A stretch of DNA of 64,000 bases from Spirochaetia bacterium (GCA_963666985.2 CAXXIA010000002.1:1536001-1600000); one strand, 5' to 3'; shown: positions 1-10,335, counted from the first letter of the stretch. A program made the numbers and translations. Notes: generated by a model from the sequence alone, not told the origin.

Positions 1-564
1 TTCCCGGCACCTTCCCATGAGCCCGTTCAGCAAATCAACCGAAACATCTCCCTCCAGATCGATTCGGCACAACAGAATTTGGGAATCCTTTTTATGGATT
101 CCGACATCATAATAATCCAGCTCCGGATCGGCCGAAAGCGACTCAAGAAAAGCCTGTTCCCAGCACAGACTCTCCTCATCGGCCCGGGCCTTCAGGGCGT
201 TCTCGGCTGTTTTCAGAATCCGCGCCAAGTCGCCGGATTCGGCCGGTTTCACCAAATAGTCGATCACCCCGAGACGAACGGCTTCCCGCGCATAGGTGAA
301 TTCGGAAAAACCCGAAACAATAACCCATTGGATGTTCTTATAAAGCCGATTCGCAGCGCGGATCACCTCAAGCCCGTCGCCCAAAGGCATGCGTATATCG
401 ACAAAAACGACATCGGGACGCGTTCTCTCCAACAGACTTAAGAGTTCTTCACCGTTCTCGGCTTCTCCGGTTATATGAATGTCGAATTGCTTATCTTGTT
501 CCCTTAAGAGTTCCTTAAGGAAGATACGGGCCATCGGCTCGTCATCCGCCAGGACGATTTCCAT
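1..564 (-). CDS. Response regulator, YesN-like (partial; runs off the window start)
   Basis: Not in the ORF track. Manual translation from ATG at 564 (GGAGG upstream) gives MEIVLADDEPMARIFL...DVVFVDIRMP...SGFSEFTYAREAVRLGVIDYLVKP, a receiver domain. It lies directly downstream of the kinase. Confidence 0.9.
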   Translation of the reverse strand, partial: MEIVLADDEPMARIFLKELLREQDKQFDIHITGEAENGEELLSLLERTRPDVVFVDIRMPLGDGLEVIRAANRLYKNIQWVIVSGFSEFTYAREAVRLGVIDYLVKPAESGDLARILKTAENALKARADEESLCWEQAFLESLSADPELDYYDVGIHKKDSQILLCRIDLEGDVSVDLLNGLMGRCRE

Positions 565-565
565 T

Positions 566-2311
566 TTAACCTCCGGTATTTACGGGTATGACGATTTCCA
601 CGGCCGTTCCCAGGCCCGTTTCGCTTTGTATGGAAATCCGCCCCTCGGCATAAGCAATCGCGAGCCGGCTCATGGAATTCCCGCATCCGACACTGCCTTG
701 CAGATCAATTCGCTCCGTATCGAATCCCATGCCGTCGTCCGTAATTCGAATCACGGCCGAATCTTTATGTTCGTTGTATTGAGCCTCGACGGTCAAAAGG
801 CAGCTGTACGGTACCGGCTCAATCCCATGAATAACGGCGTTTTCAACAAAAGGCTGAACAAGAAGTCTCGGAATTTCCAAACCGCCGATTTTGGGATCGT
901 AATCAACGGAATAGGAAAACTTGTTCGGGAACCGCAGCTTCTGCAGCCTGCAGTAACTGTCGATGAATCGAAACTCCTCGGCGACGGTCGTAACGGTTTC
1001 CGTATGCTGGATGTACCGAAGCATTCCCGTTAAATCCCGGATGGCGCGTTCGACTTTCTCCTTCCTGCCGATGCGGTTCAGGGAAAGAATCCCGTTAAGC
1101 GTATTGTAAAGAAAATGCGGCTTGATTTGAGATTGAAGCGCCTGATATTGGGCCGCCTGCTGGTTAAGCGCCGCAACGTATTCTTTATCGATATGTTCCT
1201 TTAAGGAGAGTGTCATTTGATCGAAAGAAACCGCCAAATCCGCCAGTTCCCGGCCGGCATGTTCGGGGATTCCCGCTCTGGCCGAAAAATCACCCTTTTC
1301 CACACGATGCATAACCGAGGTTACCGTCTGAAGCGGAACGACGATGGTCCTCGTCAAGCGGCGATAAACGGATGCCGCCATGACAAGCCCCGAAACAACA
1401 TACAAAAAAGCTAATCCGTAAATCCAGAGAACCCGTTTATACAGATCGGATCTGGCAATCAGTACGGTGATAACCCATCCCGAAAGATCGATTTTCGCCG
1501 TTACCCGCGCATACCGCCGCCCTTCGGCGATAACGGTGCCGCCCGAACCGTCGGACACGGTAAAATCCAAATCTTTTAATCCGGATTCTCCTCCGGCGTA
1601 AACAAGATTTCCCCGCTTATCGGAAATGAAAACCGCCGCCGGAACGGTGAAGTCCAAAGAAGCCAGCAAGTCCCGGAATATTCCCGTATCGGCATCGGCG
1701 CAGATAACGGCCAAAGGTTCGCGGGTATCCGGATCGTTAATCAGACGGGCAACCGAAAAAACATGGGTTCCTTCGGGATAGGGAATGGGATCCATATCAC
1801 CTTCCCGGGATTCCCGACCTATAAAAACCGCCCTGCCGTCGGCTTCAAGCGCGGCTCCGTACCAGTCGCTTTCAAGAAGCCCGGGTTCACTCCTGGTATA
1901 GGAGTACTTTCCTTTGGCCGTCCTGAAAACAATACCGCTGGGCATCAGAATGGAAAATCCGCGAATATCGTCCCTTGTGTTCTGAATGTAGCCGGTCAGC
2001 GTATTCTCCAGAGCACGGTCCGCCACCAGCCGGTTATAGTCCCCGGCCGTCTCGTAAGCACCGCTGGATTTCAGTTTTACGGCATAGAGAATCTTCTCAT
2101 CGAAGTATGGAATAATCGTCAGCCGGTCCAGCTCCTGCTGATAAATCTCGATATTCAAGCTCAAGGCCGCAACGATGGAATTGGTCAAACGCGTCGTAAT
2201 GGAAGAAAAATGAGCTTCACTTACGGTTGCGATAACCAGGGACAAGGCCGTTACCGGTACGATAATCGCCACGGCAAACAGGGAAAGCATCTGCCCCCTC
2301 AGCGTTCTCAC
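566..2311 (-). CDS. Sensor histidine kinase, YesM/LytS type (Cache-HAMP-His_kinase-HATPase)
   Basis: Two TM segments, HAMP, ALQSQIKPHFLYNTL, QPFVENAVIHG, DDGMG, GLGT. Confidence 0.93.
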   Translation of the reverse strand: MRTLRGQMLSLFAVAIIVPVTALSLVIATVSEAHFSSITTRLTNSIVAALSLNIEIYQQELDRLTIIPYFDEKILYAVKLKSSGAYETAGDYNRLVADRALENTLTGYIQNTRDDIRGFSILMPSGIVFRTAKGKYSYTRSEPGLLESDWYGAALEADGRAVFIGRESREGDMDPIPYPEGTHVFSVARLINDPDTREPLAVICADADTGIFRDLLASLDFTVPAAVFISDKRGNLVYAGGESGLKDLDFTVSDGSGGTVIAEGRRYARVTAKIDLSGWVITVLIARSDLYKRVLWIYGLAFLYVVSGLVMAASVYRRLTRTIVVPLQTVTSVMHRVEKGDFSARAGIPEHAGRELADLAVSFDQMTLSLKEHIDKEYVAALNQQAAQYQALQSQIKPHFLYNTLNGILSLNRIGRKEKVERAIRDLTGMLRYIQHTETVTTVAEEFRFIDSYCRLQKLRFPNKFSYSVDYDPKIGGLEIPRLLVQPFVENAVIHGIEPVPYSCLLTVEAQYNEHKDSAVIRITDDGMGFDTERIDLQGSVGCGNSMSRLAIAYAEGRISIQSETGLGTAVEIVIPVNTGG

Positions 2312-3084
2312 GTCAAAAATCGCCCTATCGTTTCGAAAAGAAGCCTTTCATGTTCCATCGAAGAAAAACAATGATCCGCACCCGGTATTTCAATGTATTC
2401 GGCCCGTCCCGGAAACAATGAGGCAACGTTCTTTCCGGCAGAAGGAGGAACGGCTTCGTCGGCGGCGCCGTGCACCACAAGAACCTCGCCCTTATAACGG
2501 GAACAGAAGCCGGGCAAATCATTCATGAAACCGGGCAGTTCCGATAAAAAGGCCGATCCGATCGGATAACCCTGATAATCGTATACGGACTCGGATGAAT
2601 CGACGGCCGGAGCTTCCCGTTTTATCTGACCGGCGATATCCGCCATGTTGCCCGCCGGAGCAATAAGCACCACCCGCTTCGGCGGATTCACGTCCGCGCG
2701 ATCGGCTTCCCGGCCGCTGAGGAAAGAAGCCACCACGCCGCCCATGCTGTGCCCGATAAGATAGAGACGTTCGGAATCGAAACGGGCGTCGGATGCGATG
2801 CCGTGATAAATCGCGGCGGCCTGATCCGCTTCGGAAGAAAGGGTCATTTCGGAAAAAGAACCGTCGCTTTCGCCGGATCCCAGAAAATCGTATCGGACCG
2901 ACGCGATTCCCAGTGTTTCCAGCATTCGCGAACAATTCACATGGATTCGATGGGCGTCCACTTTATTGCCCGTGAATCCATGAAAAATCAATGCCGTCGG
3001 AAACGGGCCGAAGCCATTATCGGGAACATGAAGCATACCGCGAAGCGTCCGCCCCCGGTATTCCGAACTTACAGCACTCTGCAC
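2308..3084 (-). CDS. Alpha/beta hydrolase (feruloyl/cinnamoyl esterase-like)
   Basis: HGFTG, DFLGSGESDG, GHSMGG nucleophile elbow, HGAADEAV, GADH. Confidence 0.85.
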   Translation of the reverse strand: MQSAVSSEYRGRTLRGMLHVPDNGFGPFPTALIFHGFTGNKVDAHRIHVNCSRMLETLGIASVRYDFLGSGESDGSFSEMTLSSEADQAAAIYHGIASDARFDSERLYLIGHSMGGVVASFLSGREADRADVNPPKRVVLIAPAGNMADIAGQIKREAPAVDSSESVYDYQGYPIGSAFLSELPGFMNDLPGFCSRYKGEVLVVHGAADEAVPPSAGKNVASLFPGRAEYIEIPGADHCFSSMEHERLLFETIGRFLT

Positions 3085-3104
3085 TGAAATCCTCCGGGAT
3101 TATT

Positions 3105-3914
3105 CTACCCCTTTACGGCGCCTTCCGAGAGCCCCTTCACGAAATACTTCTGAAGCGATAAATAAACAAGAGTCATGGGAAGAAGCCCCAAGAGGCATCC
3201 GGCCGAAACAAGCCCGATATCGTTCTGAAACTGAGAAACGAACTGAGAAAGCGCGATCGCCACCGTATGAACCTCCGATCTCTGGAGAAAGAAAACCGAA
3301 AACTGATAATCGTTCCAAACCTGAATCCCGCATAAAATCACGACCGACGATGTCGCCGGTTTCAGTAAGGGCAAAAGAATCCGCAGAAACGTCGTCTTCG
3401 GACCGCATCCGTCTATAACGGCGGCCTCATCAAGCTCCGCCGGAACGGTTTGAATGAAATTCTTATAAAGATAAATGCACAAGGGAAGCTGAAAGGTCAC
3501 AAGGATACAGACCATCGCCCAGCGGGTATTCAATCCGTGAATATCAACAATGAATTTGTAAAGCGGAACGAGAATGGTCAGAGGCGGAACAATCAAACAG
3601 GAAATAAGAACCATCCCCACAATCCGGTTCCTTCGGGTTTTCTTTCGGGCAAGGGGATATGCCGCCGCGGCACCCACGCCGACGATAAAAAAAACCGAAA
3701 AAGCGGTAATCACCGCATTATTCAAAAGAGCACGCCCGAGATGCGCCTTGTTCCAGGCGGCCAAATAATTATCGAATTGAATATACCGGGGCGGCAGCCA
3801 CATCGAAGAGGTATCCATGGGTGTTTTTCCGGCCAAAGAAAAAAGCATGTAAAAGGGAATGAGAAACAACAGAAAAATGAATACGGCCAAGCCGTAGCGA
3901 AAAACGGTTTTCAT
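3105..3914 (-). CDS. Carbohydrate ABC transporter permease (MalG-like)
   Basis: EAA motif ELDEAAVIDG, WNDY, multiple TM segments. Confidence 0.93.
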   Translation of the reverse strand: MKTVFRYGLAVFIFLLFLIPFYMLFSLAGKTPMDTSSMWLPPRYIQFDNYLAAWNKAHLGRALLNNAVITAFSVFFIVGVGAAAAYPLARKKTRRNRIVGMVLISCLIVPPLTILVPLYKFIVDIHGLNTRWAMVCILVTFQLPLCIYLYKNFIQTVPAELDEAAVIDGCGPKTTFLRILLPLLKPATSSVVILCGIQVWNDYQFSVFFLQRSEVHTVAIALSQFVSQFQNDIGLVSAGCLLGLLPMTLVYLSLQKYFVKGLSEGAVKG

Positions 3915-4801
3915 ACTAAATCAACCTCCCGTGAACGGAAGAACTTCAAGAGCAGCCCGGTTAAAAGGAGAATGATAACCAGCATCAGGTTTCCCAGGGC
4001 CGCGGCATACCCGGCGTCCTGCGCGGAGAAATAGAGCGAATACATCATTGTTGAAAGAGACTGGGAGGCATATCCCGGTCCGCCGTTTGTGGTGGCGACA
4101 ATAACATCAAAAAGCTTCATCCCCATGATAACGGCGAAGATGACATTCGTATTGATTGCGGGCATGAGCAGGGGAATGGTAATCCGCCCGATCTGCTGCA
4201 TTCTGCCGGCGCCGTCGATGGTGGCCGCTTCGTAATAATGCCTTCCGATGCTCTGCAGTCCCGCGAGAAAAATAATCATCGCGACGCCCACGTACTGGAA
4301 GGAGTTGATTCCGGTAATCACCCGGACGGCCCGGCGCCCGCCGGCGAACCAGTCCACGGGATCGGCTCCGATGAGCATCATAACGTCGTTCATGGCCCCG
4401 CCCGAATACCGGAAAAAGAAATACCAGATGTAGCCCATAATCAGAGGACTGATAATCACCGGAAGGTAAACGATGGTCCGTATGAAGCTCTTGCCCCGAA
4501 GACGTCCGTCGAGGAACAAGGCCAGCAGAAAACCGAAAACAGTCTGAAGAACGGTGCTTCCCAGTCCGTAGACAAGCGTGTTGCGAACGGTGTTTAAAAC
4601 ACGCCGGTCGGTGAACATGTTGAGGTAGTTCTTCAGTCCGATAAACTTATAACTCGGAGAATACCCGTTCCAATTCGTGCAGGAAATCACCACGCCCCGG
4701 ATGAAGGGGTAAAAGATGAAGACGCCGACCATAACGAGGGCCGGCAGATACATGGAATCAATCCCGCCGTACAGCGACGGGGTTCTCTTTCTCAGCGACA
4801 T
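3911..4801 (-). CDS. Carbohydrate ABC transporter permease (MalF-like)
   Basis: LAGLQSI...YYEAATIDGA, TNGGPG. Confidence 0.93.
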   Translation of the reverse strand: MSLRKRTPSLYGGIDSMYLPALVMVGVFIFYPFIRGVVISCTNWNGYSPSYKFIGLKNYLNMFTDRRVLNTVRNTLVYGLGSTVLQTVFGFLLALFLDGRLRGKSFIRTIVYLPVIISPLIMGYIWYFFFRYSGGAMNDVMMLIGADPVDWFAGGRRAVRVITGINSFQYVGVAMIIFLAGLQSIGRHYYEAATIDGAGRMQQIGRITIPLLMPAINTNVIFAVIMGMKLFDVIVATTNGGPGYASQSLSTMMYSLYFSAQDAGYAAALGNLMLVIILLLTGLLLKFFRSREVDLV

Positions 4802-4899
4802 ATACGGTCCTTAAAGGTATCTGTACGGAACACCGGGTTCCCGGTTTCCGGAACCCGGCGCGAGGCCGCTCCGGAAACCCGGTGCGGCCCGAAGGTTTT

Positions 4900-6168
4900 C
4901 TAGTAGCCGCCCAGTCTCTTGTATTCCTTTTCCATATTCGCGGAATACTCGGACGGCGTTATGGCACCCGCCAAAAGATCCTGACCGTTGATGCACATCA
5001 CATCCCACATGCCGTTGGGAAGATAGGCACGGTCCAGGTAGGGGAAAATCCGGATATCCTCGAAGCGCTCGTACTCGCTCTGGAGGTCGCCCAGGGACGG
5101 TTCCACTCCGCTCAGACCCGCGGGGATGCCGTTGGCTTCGGCCACTTTCCGCAGATTCTCGGGACGGGCGAAGAAATCGACGAACGTAAGGGCGGCGTCG
5201 AGGCTCTTCGAATCCTTCCAGACGGCCCATGTGGTTCTCTCGCCGCCCACGAATGTGGGATCGTCACCGGGATAGTACGCGGGTATGGGCATCATTCCCG
5301 CTTCGAAGTCGGGATTGATCTTCTTAATCTCGCTGATGATGTACGCGCCGTAGCAGCCGCCGATGGCCGCCTTGCCCGTCGCCAGGGCCGATACCGAATC
5401 GGAGTATTTTGATGTGAGGATGTCGGGATTCAGATAACCGAGTTCCTTAAGCTTCAGGAAATTCTCCGAAATTTCATCGTACAAACTCCAGTCGAAGGAA
5501 CCGTCCAGGAATTCCTCCCTGTAGTCGTGAGCGGGATCGCTGACATAGTAGCCGGTGGAATTGAAATCGTAGTAGCCGCCGATGGGCCAGGAATCGCCGC
5601 CGCCGTAATGGAGAGGAACGATTGTTCCGTTACTCTTCTTCACGATCTGTGCGCACACTTCAAGCAATTCGTCGAAATTCCGGGGCACATCGAGGCCGTA
5701 GGAGTCAAACAGGCCCTTGTTGTAGGTCATGCCCGTAATATCAAGGTCCATGGGAAGAGCGCACAGAGCGCCTTTGTCGTCGGTGATGATATCCCGGATG
5801 GAATCCTTCACCTTGCCGGCCCAGTCCCGGCCGCTCAAATCATAGGTGTATTCGCCGTACCGCATCACGGCCCAGCCATGCGTGGAAAAAACATCGGGAA
5901 GATCGTTTGACGCCATTTTGACCTTCATCATGCTCTCGTAGTCTTTGCCGATGGACTGGTAATCGACTTCAATACCGGGGAATTCGGCTTCGAACGCCTC
6001 GGTAATGCCTTCGATAATGCCCAAAGCAATCTGATGCTGGTTGTTGAACACGGTGATGGAACCGTTGTTTTCATCTCCGCCGGAATCGGAGGCGCCGCCG
6101 GCAAATCCGCTCATCGTTACCGCAAGCGCCAAGGCCGCAATAAGAAAACTCCTATAACAGTGTTTCAT
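4900..6168 (-). CDS. Sugar ABC transporter substrate-binding protein
   Basis: Signal peptide ending FAGG, SBP_bac_1-like motifs (PDVF, YNKGLF, VPRNFDEL); first gene of the operon. Confidence 0.9.
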   Translation of the reverse strand: MKHCYRSFLIAALALAVTMSGFAGGASDSGGDENNGSITVFNNQHQIALGIIEGITEAFEAEFPGIEVDYQSIGKDYESMMKVKMASNDLPDVFSTHGWAVMRYGEYTYDLSGRDWAGKVKDSIRDIITDDKGALCALPMDLDITGMTYNKGLFDSYGLDVPRNFDELLEVCAQIVKKSNGTIVPLHYGGGDSWPIGGYYDFNSTGYYVSDPAHDYREEFLDGSFDWSLYDEISENFLKLKELGYLNPDILTSKYSDSVSALATGKAAIGGCYGAYIISEIKKINPDFEAGMMPIPAYYPGDDPTFVGGERTTWAVWKDSKSLDAALTFVDFFARPENLRKVAEANGIPAGLSGVEPSLGDLQSEYERFEDIRIFPYLDRAYLPNGMWDVMCINGQDLLAGAITPSEYSANMEKEYKRLGGY

Positions 6169-6223
6169 GAGATACTCCTTTTGGTTTTCATTTCATGATG
6201 AAGGAGCACCGAACGGCGGGAAA

Positions 6224-6258
6224 GTGCATCATTCCTTGAATTCAGGTGCACATTTCTA
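6224..6258 (-). promoter_or_regulatory. Candidate direct-repeat activator site for the sugar ABC operon
   Basis: Minus strand reads AGAAATG-TGCAC ... GGAATGATGCAC with a 21-22 bp period, as expected for AraC-type response regulator sites (inference). Confidence 0.35.
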
Positions 6259-6375
6259 CGGTTTTTCCGTTTCGCCATGGTGCTTTTCAAGGGAAAATCC
6301 ATTTTCCCGGCCTCTGGCGATAACGGCGGGAACCGGCTAGAGTTCCCGGGAACACACTCTCTCAGGAGGTTCTTC

Positions 6376-7365
6376 ATGAAGAAATATATATTAGTCATTC
6401 CTCTGCTCTTGGCGTCGGTATCCCTTTTCGCCCGTGCCGCCGGAGAGCCCGCGGCCGATTCGGCTGAAGAACCCATCGTCGTGAAATTCGTCACACCCGC
6501 CGGCTTCACCGCGATATCCCTTGCCGAAATGATCGCCGATAACCCGCAATTCGCCGGAAAGATTTCGGTGGAATACGAGGTGGTTGATTCGCCGGATCTG
6601 ATTGCCGGAAAAATTCTCTCCGGCGAGGCGGATATGATGCTTGCCCCGACCAACCTGGGGGCCACTTTGTACAACAAAGGCGAGGACATCGTACTGGCCG
6701 GTTCGGTGATTTGGGGTTTGCTCTATGTGGTAACGACCGAAGATATCACCGGCTGGGACGGCCTTAAGGGCCGGGAGGTTTCAACTTTCGGGCGGGGACT
6801 GACTCCGGACATCGTCTTCCGCTACCTCCTGGAAGCGGCGGGCCTTGTACCCGATGAAGATGTTACGCTTACCTACGTGCAGAACACGGCCGAACTCGGC
6901 CCCTTGTTCATTTCAGGACGGACAACCCTGGCCCTGCTTCCCGAGCCCGTGCTGACAATCGTTCGCGGCAAGGTTCCCGATGCCCGTATTCTTCTGGATC
7001 TCCAGAAAGAATGGGCCGCGTCTTCCGGTACGGCAAACAGTTACCCTCAAGCCTCCCTGTTCGTCCGCCGGGCCCTTGCCGACGGCAATCCGGAATTTCT
7101 TAATTCCTTCACGGCCGAATACCAGGCGTCGATCGATCGGATCCTCGCCGATCCGAAAGCGGCGGGGATAAAAGCGGCAGCCTTCCTGGAATCCCCTCCG
7201 GCTCCGGTTATCGCCGCATCCATCCCCGGCGGAAACCTTGCGTGGGTATCCGCCTCGGAAGCCCGATCCTCCATTGAAAAATATCTGGGAGTGCTTTTCG
7301 ATTACGCGCCGAACACCATCGGAGGAAAGCTTCCCGACGGCGGTTTTTATCTCAAAGAGAGATAA
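6376..7365 (+). CDS. ABC substrate-binding protein, SsuA/THI5/NMT1-like
   Basis: AGGAGG then ATG 6376 (MKKYILV signal peptide); LKGREV..FGRGLTPD, LPEP, IGGKLPD. Confidence 0.85.
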   Translation: MKKYILVIPLLLASVSLFARAAGEPAADSAEEPIVVKFVTPAGFTAISLAEMIADNPQFAGKISVEYEVVDSPDLIAGKILSGEADMMLAPTNLGATLYNKGEDIVLAGSVIWGLLYVVTTEDITGWDGLKGREVSTFGRGLTPDIVFRYLLEAAGLVPDEDVTLTYVQNTAELGPLFISGRTTLALLPEPVLTIVRGKVPDARILLDLQKEWAASSGTANSYPQASLFVRRALADGNPEFLNSFTAEYQASIDRILADPKAAGIKAAAFLESPPAPVIAASIPGGNLAWVSASEARSSIEKYLGVLFDYAPNTIGGKLPDGGFYLKER

Positions 7366-7370
7366 GGTGA

Positions 7371-7437
7371 CTTCAAAAATCAGCGATTTTTGAAGCAAGG
7401 CTCTTCTCGCGCGAGTTCCGAGGAATTTCGGCTATCG
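7371..7437. repeat. Dispersed palindromic repeat, copy 1
   Basis: Perfect 11-3-11 palindrome CTTCAAAAATC-AGC-GATTTTTGAAG, followed by GGAATTTCGGCTATCG; related copies at 30298, 48701 and 60299. Confidence 0.75.
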
Positions 7438-7442
7438 AATAT

Positions 7443-7492
7443 AAAAACACCGGATAAGACGGCTTTGACGCCTCCCATCCGGTGTTTCTTTT
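7443..7492. terminator. Probable bidirectional terminator between convergent genes
   Basis: AAACACCGGAT...ATCCGGTGTTT stem flanked by A and T tracts. Confidence 0.55.
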
Positions 7493-7551
7493 ACAAAGGC
7501 AGCTTAATTACATCTGCTTCTTTCAATAACCGTCCGCGAGAAAACCGCGCT

Positions 7552-8850
7552 TTAAAATTTCATCTTCACCATCATATTGGCGCCGACATCTTCGAAGTTC
7601 TGTTTTGCCTTCACTTCAAGGAATGTTTCGATAAACTTGAAATCCACTCCCGCGCCCAGCGTGATGTACTCCAGGTAATAGCTGGCTCCCACGTCCAGGA
7701 ATCCCAGGAACCGGACATTGGCCCCAAGGCGCATATGTCTGAGGAAGGTACTGGAATCGGTTTGATAAAAATCCTTAAGACTCGAATAATCACCGTCTCC
7801 GTATTCACGGGCCATGCCGACGATATCATAAAAATCCAAACTGAATTTAGGCCGGATGCCCCGCCAGTCCGGCTGCCAGGTCATACCCGCGCTGAAATCG
7901 AAATTCCAGGCGTAGCCGCCCGACGGACCGTCGATATCTCCGGAAAGGAACTGGTCGATAGTACCGGATCCCATATCTTCCTCCGGAGTAACCGAACCGA
8001 TGATATCGCTGAAAAGCACGGCGAAGGTCAGGCTGTTGATCGGCTCCCAAATGGCACCGGCATCGACGCCCCAGGCATAACCGTACAGAATTTGCTGATT
8101 CATCGCGTCGCTTACGTCAAAGGCATACGCCGGATTGTCGGCCAGAAGAAGAGCGAATTTCCCGCTGACTCCCAAACTGAAGGGGCCGAGGTCGAATCCG
8201 TAACCGGTCACGGCTCCCAGCTCGAAAATCATATCCTCGATTCCCTGAGCTCCCAGGGAATAAAGGGCGTAATCATTGTTATAAATTCCGAATCCGAATC
8301 CCTTGATGAGTGTTCCGAGGCGAAGTTCGGCCTCAACCGAGTAATTCACCTCATCGAACTGTTCCATCAGAAGAGTTTGAAGGCCATCGGCGCCTCCTCC
8401 GCTCTCAAAGTTGGCGGCGATTGTGTCCAGATCGGACTGACTTACCGTCGACCAGTCGGTTGATTGGGCCGTTTCAAGATCCATCGTTGAAATAGTGGTT
8501 CCCGCCGTCAAATCGTCCAAAGTCGACTGATCGATATTCTCGACAATCAAGGACATCAGCTCCTCGGCGTCGTCTTGAGATAAATCCCCGTCGGCCATGC
8601 CCTGCATCACCTCAAGACTGTCCTTGAGCAGCTTGTAGTTCTTCAGCTTGCCCCAGGTACCGCCTTCAAGATCCAATGAGAAGATTTGAGTCTGCCCGGA
8701 AATCCCCGCGGGATTCACGAACAGCGAATCAAAACCGTCCCTATCGGCAAGATACGGATCGTATCCTTTCAGACTTTGTTCCAGTAATGTTCCGGCGAAC
8801 ACGGTCGTCGCGGCTATGAGGAAAAAGAGAGAGAATACAATTTTCTTCAC
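7552..8850 (-). CDS. Putative outer-membrane beta-barrel protein (FadL/TraF_2/PorV-like NPAG family)
   Basis: GAGG then GTG at 8850, signal peptide, SLFVNPAG motif, amphipathic strands, C-terminal Phe. Confidence 0.6.
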   Translation of the reverse strand: MKKIVFSLFFLIAATTVFAGTLLEQSLKGYDPYLADRDGFDSLFVNPAGISGQTQIFSLDLEGGTWGKLKNYKLLKDSLEVMQGMADGDLSQDDAEELMSLIVENIDQSTLDDLTAGTTISTMDLETAQSTDWSTVSQSDLDTIAANFESGGGADGLQTLLMEQFDEVNYSVEAELRLGTLIKGFGFGIYNNDYALYSLGAQGIEDMIFELGAVTGYGFDLGPFSLGVSGKFALLLADNPAYAFDVSDAMNQQILYGYAWGVDAGAIWEPINSLTFAVLFSDIIGSVTPEEDMGSGTIDQFLSGDIDGPSGGYAWNFDFSAGMTWQPDWRGIRPKFSLDFYDIVGMAREYGDGDYSSLKDFYQTDSSTFLRHMRLGANVRFLGFLDVGASYYLEYITLGAGVDFKFIETFLEVKAKQNFEDVGANMMVKMKF

Positions 8851-8968
8851 GAAGCACCTCCTGCGCCGTCGGCTTTCGAGCCGAAAACAACGCTTGTTTG
8901 GAAATTCTAACGTGTGATTCCGCAATATTCCACTTATTTAATACTCGTTAACCGAATCCGTTGTTTTC

Positions 8969-8997
8969 TTGACACCCTCGCTCCGAACGTCCATAAT
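8969..8997 (+). promoter_or_regulatory. Sigma70-type promoter, leaderless geometry
   Basis: TTGACA-17 bp-CATAAT, 8 nt before GTG 9006, no Shine-Dalgarno (SD). Confidence 0.65.
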
Positions 8998-9005
8998 CAC
9001 GCTCC

Positions 9006-10088
9006 GTGAGCCCGGAAACAAAAAACGATGTCGTTCTCAGCCGTCATATCGCCGATTTCGCCGCAATTACTCGCAAACTTCTGCATAGCTCCGATCTTTT
9101 TATAGAAGAGGGCGCCGTGGTTGAGGTTCTGGTGAATCCGGCCTCCGGACTGCTGAAACGGGGATTGGCCCATCAGCGCATGATGCGCTATTTGAAGCGT
9201 CTGGCGGAAATCCGCTGCACGTCGGATACGCCCAGAGACGGACTGGAAATCAGGTTTCATGAAACCGAAAGCCGCGATCAGGCGGGAATAACGGCCGTAC
9301 GGCTGGTCAGGGACTTGGCGGCGTCGTCAAAACCCGGCAAACGCCTGCTCATCCTGGCGGGCGGCGACGGCTTTCACAACGACATCAGCAGTGCTCTCCT
9401 CAGAGATGTTCCGGACATCATGAAAGACATCATCCTCTTCCGGCTTCCGATGGGTACCGGCAATGATAATTCCGACGCCGCCACCGTGGAGGAGGCCATT
9501 GCCATCCTGGGATCGGCAAACGATACCCGGAAAGATTCCATTATCGAAGTAAAAACCGCCCGAAACATCCTGCATTACGCTTTCAACGTCGTCAGTTTCG
9601 GCATGGATGCTTATATCTGTGAACTCACCAATAAAATGAAATCCCTGGCGGGGCCCAGGTTCGTCTATAAAATTTCAACGGATCTGGCCGTTCTCTTTTA
9701 TGAACGGTTCTGGCCGCTGAAACCCTGGAACATCACCATTACCGGTCCGAAAGGAACGGTGAAGCGTGCCGGTACTTTTCTTCTGACGGTCTTCGGCCGA
9801 AAAGGCCATACGAACTTCGGCGGCGGAATGAAAGTGCTTCCGGGTCATGAAAATTTCGTTCTGATTAAACCGATGAGTCTTATGCGGAAAATCGGACTGA
9901 AGCCGCTCTTTTATCGCGGCGCCCACCGCGGCCTTCCCATAGCCGAGTTTTTTGAAGCCGACGCGCTGGAGATGGATCGCGAAAGCGGCATTCAAATGGA
10001 AATGGACGGAGAGACCGCCTTTCTTGAGGCCGCCGATTTTCCGCTCCGCATCCGCCGCATTCCCGATATGCTCACGATTCTAACATAG
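9006..10088 (+). CDS. Diacylglycerol/lipid kinase family protein (YegS-like)
   Basis: NPASG, AGGDG, PMGTGND, MDGE motifs. Confidence 0.85.
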   Translation: MSPETKNDVVLSRHIADFAAITRKLLHSSDLFIEEGAVVEVLVNPASGLLKRGLAHQRMMRYLKRLAEIRCTSDTPRDGLEIRFHETESRDQAGITAVRLVRDLAASSKPGKRLLILAGGDGFHNDISSALLRDVPDIMKDIILFRLPMGTGNDNSDAATVEEAIAILGSANDTRKDSIIEVKTARNILHYAFNVVSFGMDAYICELTNKMKSLAGPRFVYKISTDLAVLFYERFWPLKPWNITITGPKGTVKRAGTFLLTVFGRKGHTNFGGGMKVLPGHENFVLIKPMSLMRKIGLKPLFYRGAHRGLPIAEFFEADALEMDRESGIQMEMDGETAFLEAADFPLRIRRIPDMLTILT

Positions 10089-10271
10089 CCGCGGCTGCGA
10101 TACAGCGAGAAGAAATCCGCTCGGCTCGGGATTCCGTGTTCTCCGGAATCCGACTCTTTCAAATTCCGCGCTTGTCCTTTTTCATTTAAAAATCATGTTC
10201 GCGTTTTATCCGCAGGAAATCCTCCTCCGACCTGTCTTCTGAGACAGTCAGGCGCTCTTGAACGCCGAGAC

Positions 10272-10328
10272 TTGACAAAACATCAATACATACCTACCTT
10301 AAGTATGCATCATACCTAAGGTAGGTAT
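10272..10328 (+). promoter_or_regulatory. tetR promoter with double operator
   Basis: TTGACA-17-TACCTT overlapped by the inverted repeat ATACCTACCTTAAGTATG-CAT-CATACCTAAGGTAGGTAT (one mismatch); each arm is itself a 7-3-7 palindrome. Confidence 0.75.
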
Positions 10329-10335
10329 CCTAATA

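Noticed and set aside
4826..4895. GC-rich inverted repeats between the binding-protein and permease genes
   Set aside because: Ordinary mRNA-stabilising hairpins typical of sugar ABC operons
6376..7365. Orphan binding protein, and sugar ABC operon lacking an ATPase
   Set aside because: Common; partners are often encoded elsewhere
7390..8463. 357-aa plus-strand ORF
   Set aside because: Antisense to the barrel gene, which has an SD, a signal peptide and a terminal Phe
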